Of a DNA stretch of 64,000 nt, positions 26,418 to 38,634 are shown piece by piece (the stretch's first letter is position 1; each line of letters begins with the position of its first letter). A program made the position numbers and the translations under genes. The stretch is from Felis catus. Lineage: Eukaryota. The stretch spans positions 34,908,001 through 34,972,000 of the forward strand of contig NC_058368.1 of NCBI RefSeq assembly GCF_018350175.1, read 5' to 3'. The notes below the pieces were generated by a model. It had not been told where the DNA came from and made no database searches. It saw only the letters and a program-made list of their open reading frames with translations.

Positions 26418-26545
26418 ATCTGAAGCAGGCTCCAGGTTCCTACCTGTCAGCACGGAGCCTGATGTGGGACTCGAGCCCACAAACCATGAGTTCATGACCT
26501 GAGCCAAAGTGGGACACTTAACTGACTGAATCACTCAGGTGCCCC
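26325..26545 (-). mobile_element. CanSINE with expanded (GA)n
   Basis: Tail, (GA)n, head CAGGTGCCCC. Confidence 0.95.
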
Positions 26546-26583
26546 TGATATCTTATTTAACCCTCTAAAACATTTGAAAATAG

Positions 26584-26742
26584 GGGGCTCTTGGGTGGCT
26601 CAGTCAATTAAGTGTCGGGCTTGGGATCAGGTCATGATTTCATGGCTGGTGAGTTCAAGCCCTGCGTTGGGCTCTGTGCTGACAGCTGGGAGCCTGGAGC
26701 CTGCTTCAGATTCTGTCTCTGTCTTTCTCTGCCCCTCCCCCA

Positions 26743-26829
<87 letters not shown>

Positions 26830-26878
26830 TCTCTCTCTAATACAAATAAACATTAAAAAATAAATAAATAAATAAAAT
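26584..26878 (+). mobile_element. CanSINE with compound (CA)n(CT)n
   Basis: Perfect 16-bp TSD AAACATTTGAAAATAG at 26568-26583 and 26879-26894. Confidence 0.96.
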
Positions 26879-28644
26879 AAACATTTGAAAATAGAAAGAC
26901 CTATAGCACAGGACTTATGTTAATATGTGCCAACAGTAAATAAAAAGTAAAAATAACAATATTTTGCATTACTGTTGACAATATTTCATCTTATGCCTGA
27001 TTTGCTTCATTAATACAGATTTCCCAAGTTGGGCCTGAAGCATTTGAATTTGCAGCCCTGACTTAATAAGTAAAAATTCTTATTTGATCTTTTTCTACTA
27101 CATTTCTTCTGCCTGAATTCATCTCTCTCAAGCATCTTTGTCTTTTGATGTTTGAGTGCAACTTGAGAAAAACTAACAAAAATAAGAACTTATTGACTTG
27201 TTTCTAAAAATTGATTGTAAGGTAGGCTTATACATTTTGTCAGGCTTTGGTGCTAGCTCTTTATGATTTTGGAGGCTCTGTATCCCACATGTGTGAGCTT
27301 CAGTGCTGCACTGGGTTCACAAATCGCCACAAGCATCAACCGCCAAGTACATTCTTCATCATTCATATTCAGGGAGAAGGCTGTTTCCTGTCCTTACCAT
27401 CAAATTGTATCCTGAATTACAACTGTGTTGAACCACTCCGATGCCCTCAGGCATGCCATTTATTGATTGACTTGGGTCCGGATTCCTTGAAGCAATTACC
27501 ATGGCAAGAGATTTAAATTTATTCTGTCTCTTAGACAAATCAGGTCTACCCATGGATACCATAGCTGAGACAACCTAAAACCTTTTCATCTTTGCACAAT
27601 GTATGAGGGTGTAATATATGACGTAATAATATAATGCTATTTTCTTTACATTCCTGCATGGGTGAAACTCTAGCTTTTTTACAATTGCAACATAAGTTTC
27701 CCTAGCACAGAATCTTAAATATAGTAAATGTTCAACATATATGTGTGAGCAAATATTGAGGAGCTTGACAGTCTGGGAAGCCAAAAAAAATTTCAAATTT
27801 AATGATCTCTATCAAAGCAAGCACAGTTTAAGGTGCAGATACTATCTATATAGATGAGAGAGAGAGAGCTTATACATTAGTTGCAAATTTATTCCTTTTA
27901 AAAAACTACACGTCTCTATAGCATATAGAAGTACACATTTGAATTGTCAAAGGATGTTACTTTTTCTCTATCCATCCCAAATTTAATGAAAAAAGCCATA
28001 TTTCTCTAAATTATTTTTTTTCCTAAGGAGGCATCAGAAATTCTGTTAATAAAGTATTACATTTTTTGCATAATGTTAAGAAGTAACATATTACTTTAAA
28101 TCACAGAATTTAAATTTTCAGATGTTTTATTTTTCAGTCGTATGTGACATGACACAAAACAATCATTCTAACTATAGGATCTATTCTCTTGACAATAGGC
28201 TGCAAGCAATAGAATTATTAAATTGAGTTGAAAAATTCCATTGACAGGTGGAATCTTCCTGTATTTTGGAATTCAAACTAAAAGTTCGAAAAAGTTTAAA
28301 AGTTATCTGTGTTACCCATATCAGAAATTTGTGACAAAATTCACAGAAGCAAAAAATTATATTAGTTTTTATACATCATAGTACAATAAAGTCTTTTAAG
28401 AAATATTTTCTAAAGGACTGAGTATTTGAGCACTATATATGAGAAAATAATTTCATTCTAAAGGATGTTTCATTCTAAAGGATTATGTTCCTGTGTAATT
28501 CTTCAGCTAAAATGGATGTTTAAGCCTCACCATCCAACTGCACCCTTGACAAAGCATTCAGTGATATGAAACTTTCTTCTTTAAAGTGGTAGTCTGTGTA
28601 ATTTAATGGCAGGCTCAAAGGGAAAAACATCATGTAGCTCTTAC

Positions 28645-28772
28645 CTGAATTTCTGAAGTGGTGCCTGTCACAAAAACTTCACAAATGTAAGCATGCTAAA
28701 CAGGTTGTAATGATGATCTTCCTTTGGTAATGGCAGATCTTCAAAGAGCTATAGCTGAATTTTCTCCGTGCT
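28645..28772 (-). other. Candidate non-coding internal exon (128 nt)
   Basis: Long U-rich tract ending ...TTTTTAACTCAG acceptor and CAG|GTAAGA donor; stop codons in all three frames. Confidence 0.4.
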
Positions 28773-29392
28773 CTGAGTTAAAAAAAACCAAAAAAACAAA
28801 AAAACCTGCCTAATCATTTGTTTAAAAAAATTCTAAAGTTTCTTTCCTATTTGCAAAATTTAAGCCCCTAAATTTAACTCTACTTATGTAAAATGAAAAA
28901 GGAAAGTTTATAGAATACAAAACTCACTTGAGCTAGGCCTTCTAAGAGTTGAACAAAGAAAAAGTTTGCAGAAAGCAGTTCAAGAAAGACATTACAGTTA
29001 GAGAAAGATTATTTAAATAATATGTTAGTTAGGGTATTTGCCTTACTTGAATCAGACACTCTTTAATTTAAAAAGAATACACTCTCTAAGTGCAGTCCAC
29101 AGTCTTCTGGGAAGCTTCAACACCTTTTGGGGGTGGGGAGTTTGGCTTGTGTTAAAACAATTTTTACAATAAAACCAAGACATTGTCATTTGCCTGTGCA
29201 GGCAGATGCAGTGATGGTGTAAAACCAACAGTGGGTAAAATTGCTGGTACCTTAGCATGAGTCGAGACAGTGACACCAAACTGTACTATCAGCCATAGCA
29301 TTCTTCACTGCCACACACTTGCAGCAAAAATAACAAAATAATTTAAAGTTATTAATGTTATTAAATATTGACTTAAATGTACAACTCTTTCA

Positions 29393-29474
29393 TATCCCAC
29401 TGATAAAATGAGGCATACCCTTGAAGCATTTTTTATCCCACTGATAAAATGAGGCATACCCTTGAAGCATTTTT
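29393..29474. repeat. Perfect 41-bp tandem duplication
   Basis: TATCCCACTGATAAAATGAGGCATACCCTTGAAGCATTTTT twice. Confidence 0.97.
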
Positions 29475-29544
29475 GCTGTGTGTTCAGGTGCTATGATTGT
29501 CTTCAGAAAAAGCATGTGTGTTTGAAATGAGAGCTGAACTAGCT

Positions 29545-29795
29545 TTTATTTATTTACTTACTTATTTTTATTTAAAAAAAAAGTTTTGTTAACGTTTATT
29601 CATTTTTGAGAGAAAGAGAGAGACAGAGGGTGAGTGGGGGCGGGGAAGAAAGAAAGGGAGACACAGGATCTGAAGCAGGCTCCAGGCTCTGAGCTGTCAG
29701 CACAGAGTCCAATGTGGAGTTCAAACCCATGAACCATGAGATCGTGACCTGAGTCTAAGTCAGAAGGCTACCCGACTGAGCCACCCAGGTGCCCC
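29545..29795 (-). mobile_element. CanSINE nested in Charlie1
   Basis: Full body; Charlie-like sequence continues on both sides. Confidence 0.95.
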
Positions 29796-30049
29796 TTATT
29801 TATTATTTTAAATGAAACACCAAATTTACTTACAAGAACACTTGACTGACAAACTATATGGTTACTCATACTGAGAATGCTGGCAAACATTACCTCAAAA
29901 ATGAATGAGGCAAGCTTGTCATTTTAACACATAGTTTTTGTTTACATAATAAAATTTGAGCTTAGAAGCAAAAATTAGAATTTTGGAAAACTCATATGAG
30001 TATGCCATAGGATTTTTTCTTAATTGAAAATAAATGTATAAATTGACAT

Positions 30050-30308
30050 TTAATATAATTCCATTTATATGAAATGTCCTGAAGATGCAAATCCATGAAG
30101 ACAGAATGATTAGGGGCTGCCAGTGGCTGGGGGAAGAGAATGGTGACTGGTAATTGCTTTGGAGTTTCTTTATGAAATGATGAAAATGTTCCAGAATTTA
30201 ATAGTGTTAATGTTTACACAACCTTGTGAATAGACTAAAAAACACTGAAGTATATACTATTTAAAGAGGAGAACTTTATAGTATGTTAATGATATCTCAT
30301 TTTTAAAA
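30050..30308 (+). mobile_element. L1MB-like 3'-end fragment nested in Charlie1
   Basis: ATTCCATTTATATGAAATGTCC...GATGAAAATGTTCCAGAATT...ACAACCTTGTGAATAGACTAAAA; possible degraded TSD AAATT(G/A)ACATTT. Confidence 0.8.
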
Positions 30309-31244
30309 ATTAACATTTAAATACTGCTCAGTTTGATTTTCTAAAGCAGTGAATATCCATACAGTCTATATGACTATTGTTTTGGGGTTCTCAGTAATCT
30401 GAAGAGTGTAACAATACCCTGAGGCCAAAAAGTTTGAGAAATACTGGTGGAGGCTACATAAATAATCAGGCATTTAAATAATGATACTTATAACAACGAT
30501 AATAATTATTATTAGGAACTGGGAATTATCTGGAGGTTGACAATTACCTCTAGCTTTCACTCATGGCTGAACAATCTATTTTATGGATATTCACACTAAC
30601 GTTGGCAATCTACTGTATTATCTCTGCAAATGAGTGGCCAACTGTCATTTTACTCTCTAAATCTGACTGCAGAAGAAACCAAGCTCATTGGTTTGTTCAT
30701 TACAATTAATCCTAAGGTTGATTCTTTCACACCAGGCTACCTCATGTGTTGTTTTTGGAACAAGTATCCATCTCTGGATCTTTACACAGTAGTCATATGG
30801 TATAAAGAAAAGCTTGGTATATAGGGATACAGTAGTTCTATAAGCACCAGGTTAAACTAATAAGATAAATCATTTGGGACATGTACACAACTGACCCATC
30901 TTTTACTTCCAGCCACAAAGGTGAGAATTATTTAAAGGACTGTATCTAGTTTTATAAACTTGGAGTATAAGGGTGAAGGACAAACATAAAGTGACATTAA
31001 TATTAGTTAGGTTGAGAAATTTTCTCCACTTTCCATACTAAATGGTTTAGAATTTGTTCTTCAAGTATTGAGTCAGCAGTTATTAAAATCTACTAATATG
31101 TTTTATAAGTGTGTCCCCTAGTAAAAATCTAGTGATTACTATGAACATTTCTGACCTTCTTATCTGCCTTTGTAAATAACTGTCTATATCTGGTTTGTTA
31201 TTAAATAGTAACTGTATTAATTGGAGATGGATTTATAGGTATTT

Positions 31245-31661
31245 AGGAAAAAAAGAACTTTGTAGATATGATTAAGAAACTTTAGATGGTACAATTATTC
31301 TGGATTATCTAAGTGGGTCCAATCAAATCACCTCTTCTGGCGTAGTCAGAGTAAGATGTAATACTGAAGAGTCAGAGAGATACAAAGGGATGGCCTTGAA
31401 GATAGAGGAAGGGGGTTCCACCCCTGGAAGTATGGATGGCATCTATCAACTAGAAAAGACAAGGAAACAGATTTCCCTCTAGAGACTCCATAAAGGAATG
31501 CACCCCTGAAAACAACTTGATTTTATTCAAGTAAAACCCATGTCCTACTTGTAGCCTACAGAAATGTAAGGTAATAAATTTATGTTGCTTTAAGACACCA
31601 AGTACGTGTATTACCAAATTTGTGGTAATTTGTCACAGTGACAATAGAAAACTATAATACC
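31245..31661 (+). mobile_element. MaLR LTR, MLT1D-like, lacking its 5' start
   Basis: ACTTTGTAGATATGATTAAG, AAGGAAACAGATTTCCCTCTAGAG, TGTGGTAATTTGTCACAG...AATAGAAAACTATAATAC. Confidence 0.85.
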
Positions 31662-32189
31662 AGCAATCACATTCATATAAATGAAGAGATGGATAAAGGA
31701 TATGGGAAACTGAACCTGGGGAATGGAGTTTGACCAAAAAAACGAGTGAGAATTTCTTTATTATCATTATAGAATTGTATCAGAGTGGAAGAATGATATT
31801 TTTGCATTGTATTCTAGAGTTTATTTTAACTGCAAAACAGATTTTGCAAAGAATAATGATTTCAGATACATATCTTTCTACAATAATCTGCTCTCTGTTT
31901 TCAGAACTAAATTAATGTATTCATAGTCAGCAGGTTAATGACAAGCATAGCTTACACATAAGAAACCGTTTACCTAAGCAATCTAACATGTAATTTCTTC
32001 TTACAAACATTCATTTTCTTGAAATTAGTAGCCATTAGTCCTGAGAGTCATTAAGATTAAACTTTCATAATTACAGACAAATTATTTGTATCAAAGACAA
32101 AATATAAAGTAAGTTAGATTTACCTTCTATTTTATAGTAACAGTTATGTAAATATTTGTTAACTATCCTCCTTATCTTTCATTTTGTGC

Positions 32190-32301
32190 GTGTCTATATA
32201 TATGTATTATATTATGTATCATATATCACACTGTGTATATATATGTGTGTGTGTGTATATGTATATATGTATATATATGTGTGTGTGTGTGTGTATATAT
32301 G

Positions 32302-32335
<34 letters not shown>
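32190..32335. repeat. Compound (TA)/(TG) low-complexity repeat
   Basis: Direct read. Confidence 0.9.
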
Positions 32336-32752
32336 AAGGATTAACAGTGCTTCACATTTCCAAAAGTAAACTTTCTATGTGAAATTTCTTTCATACATTT
32401 CTGCTATTTTTTAGACTTGTACCCTCTGAGTTCAATAATAATTTAATTTAATAAGTATATACATATGTATACATGTGTATTTGTGTGTATACTGTATACA
32501 CATATATGTTAAAAGTTGTAATTAACATAACTAAACTGGAGAAATATAGTTTGAAGCATATCTTTTGACATTATAAGTAGCACTAGCAATAATACTAATA
32601 GAAATATATAAATTATATATCAAGTGTACATATACCCCTATGTAGTAGAAAAACTAATAACTCAAATTTTAAAAAATAAAATGCAAAGAAAATAACAGGA
32701 CTGAAAGTATGTTACATAATACATATAACAAAGGAAATATCAAGGAATTATT

Positions 32753-33940
32753 AAATCCTAGAGGGAACATAGGCAGTAGCCTCTTTGACATTGGCCGTAG
32801 GAACTTCTTACTAGACATGTCTCCTGAAGAGAGGGGAACAGAAGAAGAAATAAGCTACTGGAACCTTCATCAAGATGAAAAGTTTCTGCACAATGAAGGA
32901 AACAATCAACAAAACTAAAAGACACCTTTGGAATGGGAGAAGATATTTACAAACGACATATCTGATCAAGGGTTAGTATCTAAAATATATAAAGAACTTA
33001 TCAAACTCAAAACCCAAAAAATAAATAATCCAAATAAGAAATGGGCAGAAGATATGAACAGACATGTTTCCAAAGAAGACATCCAGATGGCTGACAGACA
33101 CTTGAAAAGATGTTCAACATCACTCATCATCAGGGAAATACAAATCAAAACCACAATGAGATACCACCTCATACCTGTCAGAATGGCTAAAATGAACAAC
33201 ACAGGAACAGGTGTTGGTGAGAATGCAGACAAAGGGGAACCCTCTTGCACTGTTGGTGGGAATGCAAACTGGTGTAGCACTCTGGAAAATAGTAACTTAA
33301 AAAGTTAACTTAATAGTAACTTAAAAAGTTAAAAATAGAACTACCCTATGATTCAGTAATTGCATTACTGGGTATTTATCTAAAGGATACAAAAATACTG
33401 ATTCAAAGGGATACATGCACCCTGATGTTAAGAGCAGCATTATCAACAATAGCCAAATTATGAAAAGAGCCCAAATTTCCATGAACTGTGATTGGACAAA
33501 GAATATGTGGTGTGTGTATATGTGTATGTGTATATATATATATAATGGAATATTAGTCATCCATAAGAAATAATGAAATCTTGCCATTTGCAATCATTGA
33601 TGGAGCTGGAGTATATTATGCTAAGCAAAATAAGTCAGTCAGAGAAAAATACCATATGATTTCATTCATATGTGGAATTTAAGAAACAAAACAAATGAAT
33701 ACAGGGGGAAAAAAGAGAAAGAGCCAAACCAATAAGCTGGCTCTTAATTATAGGGAACAAACTGAGGGTTGCTGGAGGGAATGTGGGTGGGGGACAAGCT
33801 AAATGTGGGATGGGTATGAAGGAGGGCACTTGTTGGAATGAGCACTGGGTGTTATATGTAAGTGACAAATTACTAAATCCTACACTTGAAATTAGTATTA
33901 CACTGTATGTTAACTAACTGGAATTTAAATAAAAATTTAG
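32753..33940 (+). mobile_element. 5'-truncated carnivore L1 (ORF2 C-terminus and 3' UTR)
   Basis: [26 protein letters not shown]...[13 protein letters not shown]; 3' end shared with the stubs at 4044 and 6400. Confidence 0.95.
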
Positions 33941-34773
33941 AAGGAATAAAGGAAATTATTATAATTAGAATTCATAAAAACTGATGAAAATTTTAAATAC
34001 ATTTATTTCAACACTAATCATGTGTTAAATATTTATTCATAAAGAACACATAGTTTGAAATTAGCCCCAAATCGACACCCAAACATGTACCTATAAGAGA
34101 CATGTGTGAAACAGTCTATTTCGAAGACATCTTTGAATTAATCTATATATTAAACTAAAACTTTTTAAAGCATCTTTAAGTTTTATTACAAGGTAGGAAA
34201 TTGTAATTGCTTTTCGATATATCACAATATTTGGAAGGATATGAGTACATGCTACAGAAAAACCTATTTTGTCTTTGGCAAATAATAATAAATAATTTGA
34301 ACTCTTATTTCTAATTCAGAACTTTCTGATAATATAGAATGGGTTATGATTAATTCTTGCTCATAATGTGGAGTCACTTGGAGGCATCATAGGCTCAGAA
34401 GATCGCATGCCTGCATTATTTTAAGGTTCTTTATTTAGTATAGTTGGTGGCTACAGGAAGAATTAAATTTGGGTCTTGTTGCAAACTCAATGGAATTTAT
34501 AAAAGAATAGATTATGAGATTTTAAATTATCATAAAAATGGTTATTACTTAAGAGGGTAGTAAGGCAGTTTATTACCCGTTACCACCTTCTCTAGATATA
34601 AGTCCTAAGGTGCTAAAATGAAAGCCAGAATTGCATAATAAATAAAATAGCAGATTTAACTTGCATCTGAAAAATAATTTTGGGGATATTTTCTCTTTCC
34701 TATCCAATAGGAAAAGAAATTAAGTAGCTGATTATGTCTAGACATTTTTCCAATACCCTTGTCCATAGGCTAC

Positions 34774-35175
34774 TGTGGTAGATTGACCAATGGAACTCCA
34801 AAGGTGTCCACTTCCTAATGCCTGCAACTTAATCCCTGTCTATGTCACTTCTGTATGGAAAAAAGGACTTTGTAGATGTGATTCAATTAATGATTTTGAG
34901 ATGAGGATATTATTCTACATTATCCTAGTAGGACCAGTGTGATTGCAAGACTTCTTGTAAGAGGGATTAAAGAGGAGTCAGAGAGAGAGTAGTAAACATG
35001 AGGACAGAACCAAGAGTTGGAAGTGATAAGAGAAAGGGTCCAAGGAATGTAGGTGGCCTATAAGGTGAAAAAGGCAAAGAAAATGATTCTCCCTCCAGAA
35101 ACTCCAAAAGGAACCAGCCCTGTTGAAGCCTTGACTTTAGCCCAGTGAGACTGGTTTTAGAATTATAACCTACAG
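34774..35175 (+). mobile_element. MaLR LTR, MLT1D-like, lacking its 3' end
   Basis: TGTGGTAGA start, AAAAGGACTTTGTAGATGTGATT, CCTTGACTTTAGCCCAGTGAGAC; ends abruptly at a SINE. Confidence 0.85.
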
Positions 35176-35297
35176 GGACAGCTGGGTGGCTTAGTCGATT
35201 AAATGTCTGACTCTTGGTTTCAGCTCAGGTCATGATCTATTGGTTCATGAGTTTGAGCTTAGTATCAGGCTCAGACAGTGTGGAGTCTGTTTGGGAT

Positions 35298-35349
<52 letters not shown>

Positions 35350-35404
35350 CCTCCCCAGTGCACACGTTCTCACACACTCTCTCTCTCACAAAAAAAAAAA
35401 AAAA
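35176..35404 (+). mobile_element. CanSINE with no visible TSD
   Basis: Head GGGACAGCTGGGTGGCTTAGTCG, long (CT)n, A tail. Confidence 0.92.
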
Positions 35405-37651
35405 GTGCATAAAGTTTATAAAGACCAAGATACAGTTTATGACTGTGCTAACTGTGCTAATTGTCACCAAAAATGTAGTAAATCTTTATTAAGAACTGTT
35501 ATCAACTATCTTTGGAGATTAATATTCTAATGTTATTACCTGGAGCAATGACATAAAACCAGTAGCAGTAGCAGGATAATATAAACAACTCTGTATCCAA
35601 AAGGAATGAGAAAGAAGGAAAAAGAGAGAGAGAGAGAAGGAGGGGGAGAGGGATTAGAAAGAAAGAAGGTAGGAAAATTTAGGATGTATTATTGAAATGT
35701 CAAAATGGATTAAAAAAATGTAAAGTTTCTATGCAGGTAGTGTGGAAAGCAAGCCTAAGTAATAAAATTGGTCTCAAAAAAATAAGTCAAGGAGATCTCA
35801 GAATGTATATTGAGAAATTACCTCACAACATGGGCAATGAGCCAGTCAAACATAATTCAGTCTGATAAAAGAAAGGAGGTTAAAAAGTAGCATATTAACC
35901 ACAAGATGGAGAAAGGAGAAAGATTATGCCCTTGTTTGTTGCATTTTGTTCTACATTTTGAGAAGCATACTGTGAAAACCCATTCATTCTCTAAATCATT
36001 TATATTCCAAGTTCAGTCAATCTGCCTACACAATGACATGTGTGTGCTGACTGGGCTGGACCTTGTATTAGTTGGTGGAATTTGCAAATACTCCTCAGCT
36101 AGATATAAAAAATCATTATTTTCTCATTATGATCTCAACCACTACCTCCCATACTCAGTCGCCCAGATTTTTGTGAGGATTTTTCTACTTGTCTTATGCA
36201 TTTCTTTTCTGAGGCATGGAATCACAATCTCCATTGTCTTTTTTGGATCTAATTGATGCATGCTAATATAGTATTGGTTAGCCAATCTATTCTTTATACC
36301 TATATAAATATACATTTTATACTAATATATCTACATAAATATGGTCATTGATAAGGTGTTTGATTCTTTTTAAATTACTTGGAAAAATGAAGATAGCGCT
36401 CATAAAGTTAATTTTAATATCAAAGGAAACTCAGGGATGTAGGGAGGCTTGTTTTAAATTAAATTTCTTTGAATCCAATAAAAAAAGAACCAGAAGAAAC
36501 ATTTTCTGTCTCTTTAAGCAATGTTAATGTACCCTGAATTATTTATTCAATCTTTAAGATTTTAAAAATAAAGATGGAGGAATCTAGAAGATAATCTTGA
36601 AAACAACTTGGCAGGAAGCTATGTCACTTGTATGATAAAGGAAGATTACAGAGTTCCTAGAATCACTCAGTTATCATTTAAAATAACTTTATGAAATGAG
36701 GAGAGGAGGAAATCAGAAGGTGGCAGTATAAGAGGACGCTGAGCTCACCTCGTCATGATGATCACTTAGATTCCACCCACATCTGCCTAAATAACCTAGA
36801 AAAACGCCAGAGACTAGCAGAAGGGAGTCTCCAGAGCCAAGCATAGACAAGAGGCCCACAGAAGAGGGTAGGAAGGGCAGAGGGGCAGTGTGTGCTACAA
36901 GGACTTGTGGGAGGGAGCCAGGGTGGTGGAGGGGTAGCCCACCAGGCAAGGCAGAGCCCCTGAAGTCTGGCTTGCAAAAGTGGAGGGGCCAGACACCGTG
37001 AGTTCTGACAGCCAGCGGGATTTAACATCTGGAATGTTAAAAGTCAACAGCTCTGCTCTCGAAGAGTGGGGAGGGTGAGAGGGCACTAGGAGGGAGAGTT
37101 GTTGAGTCCCAGAAGACAGAACTCAGCTCCTCAGGGGAACAAAAGCACTGGATAGCTGCATCTCCTTCTCCTATCCCCCAGCCGAAATTCCAAAGGGAAC
37201 CAGTTCCTGTCACTGAACTTGCCTGCACCACACAAACACCCAATGCTGTGCTTCGGTGGATCCATCCTTCCAACAAGCCTGCCTCCCTTCCAGTGCTTCA
37301 GGGCCCCTCCAGCAGGGGACCACCAACAGCAAAGCGAGCTAAGCCTGCCCCTCCCACCCCTGTGCACCTTGCGGATCCACCCTGGCTAATATGCCCTTGG
37401 CCAGATCCCACCAAAGCAGCACCATAAACCTGGCAGTGTGTAACGAGCCCAGACAGGGGCCACAGCACTCCACAGTGAGTCCTGCCCCTGGGAGAAGGGA
37501 AGTTAAGGTACATACCAGTCAGACTGTGGCCCCATAAGTGGGCTGAGGGCAGACACTGCGTCTGACTGTGGCCCCGCCCACCGAGACAAGTTTCTCCCCA
37601 CAGCACAGGGGAAGTGCCCTGCAGTAGGAGCTACCACAGGTACTACCCAAA

Positions 37652-38566
37652 ATGATGAAACAGAAGAATTCTCCTCAAAAGAAACTCCAGGAAGTAGCAA
37701 CAGCTAATGAATTGATCAAAACCAATTTAAGCAATAAAATGGAATAAGAATTTAGATAATAGTCATAAAATTAATCTCTGGACTTGAAAAAAGCATAGAG
37801 GACAGCAGAGAATCTATTGCTACGGAGATCAAGGGACTAAGAAATAGTCATGAGGAGCTAAAAAATGCTACAAACGCGGTGCAAAATAAAATGGAGGCGG
37901 CCATAGCACAGATCGAAGAGGCAGAGAGAATAGGTGAGATAAAAGATAAAAGAAGATAATTTTAGAAGATAAAATTATGGAAAAAGAGGAAGCTGAGAAA
38001 AAGAAAGATTAAAAAAATGTAGGATTATGAGGGGATAATTAGTGAACTAAGTGATGCAATCAAATGGAATAATATCCATATAATAGGAATTCCAGAAGAA
38101 GAAGAGAAAGAGAAAGGGGCTGAAGGTGTACTTAAACAAATCATAGCTGAGAACTTCCCTGATCTGGGGAAGGAAACAGGCATTGAAATCCAAGAGGCAC
38201 AGAAAACTCCCTTCAGACGTATCTTGAATCGATCTTCTACACAACATATTATAGTGAAACTGGCAAAATACAAGGATAAAGAGAAAATTCTGAAAGCAGC
38301 TAGAGATAAATGGGCCCTAACTTACAAAGGTAGACCTATAAGAGTAGTGGCAGACCTATCTACTGAAATTTGGCAGGCCAGAAAGGAATGGCAGGAAATC
38401 TTCAATGGGATGAACAGAAAAAACATGCAGCCGAGAATCCTTTACCCAGCAAGTCTGTCATTCAGAATAGGAGAGATCAAGGTTTTCCCAAACAAACAAA
38501 CAAACACTGAAGGAATTCATCAGCACCAAACCAGCCCTACAAGAGATCCTAAGGGGGACTCTGTGA
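37652..38566 (+). pseudogene. L1 ORF1p (RNA-binding protein), disrupted
   Basis: MMKQKNSPQKKLQE... with an early TAA; later HIIVKLAKYKDKEKILKAAR, ADLSTEIWQARKEW and QPRILYPASLSF motifs; frameshifts. Confidence 0.92.
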
Positions 38567-38634
38567 ATGAAATGTTGCAAGGACCACAAAGTATCAGAGA
38601 CATCACTACAAGCATGAAACCTACAGACATCACA

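Larger units (their letters stand above)
29074..30446 (+). mobile_element. Charlie1-family hAT DNA transposon fossil with nested insertions
   Basis: GTGGGTAAAATTGCTGGTACCTTAGCA...GACACCAAACTGTACT internal motif; 3' terminus GAGGCCAAAAAGTTTGAGAAATACTG. Confidence 0.85.

Noticed and set aside
27247..27516. 89-aa Cys-rich plus-strand ORF
   Set aside because: Non-ATG start and no recognisable domain; it overlaps the minus-strand CCP-like signal, which is better structured.
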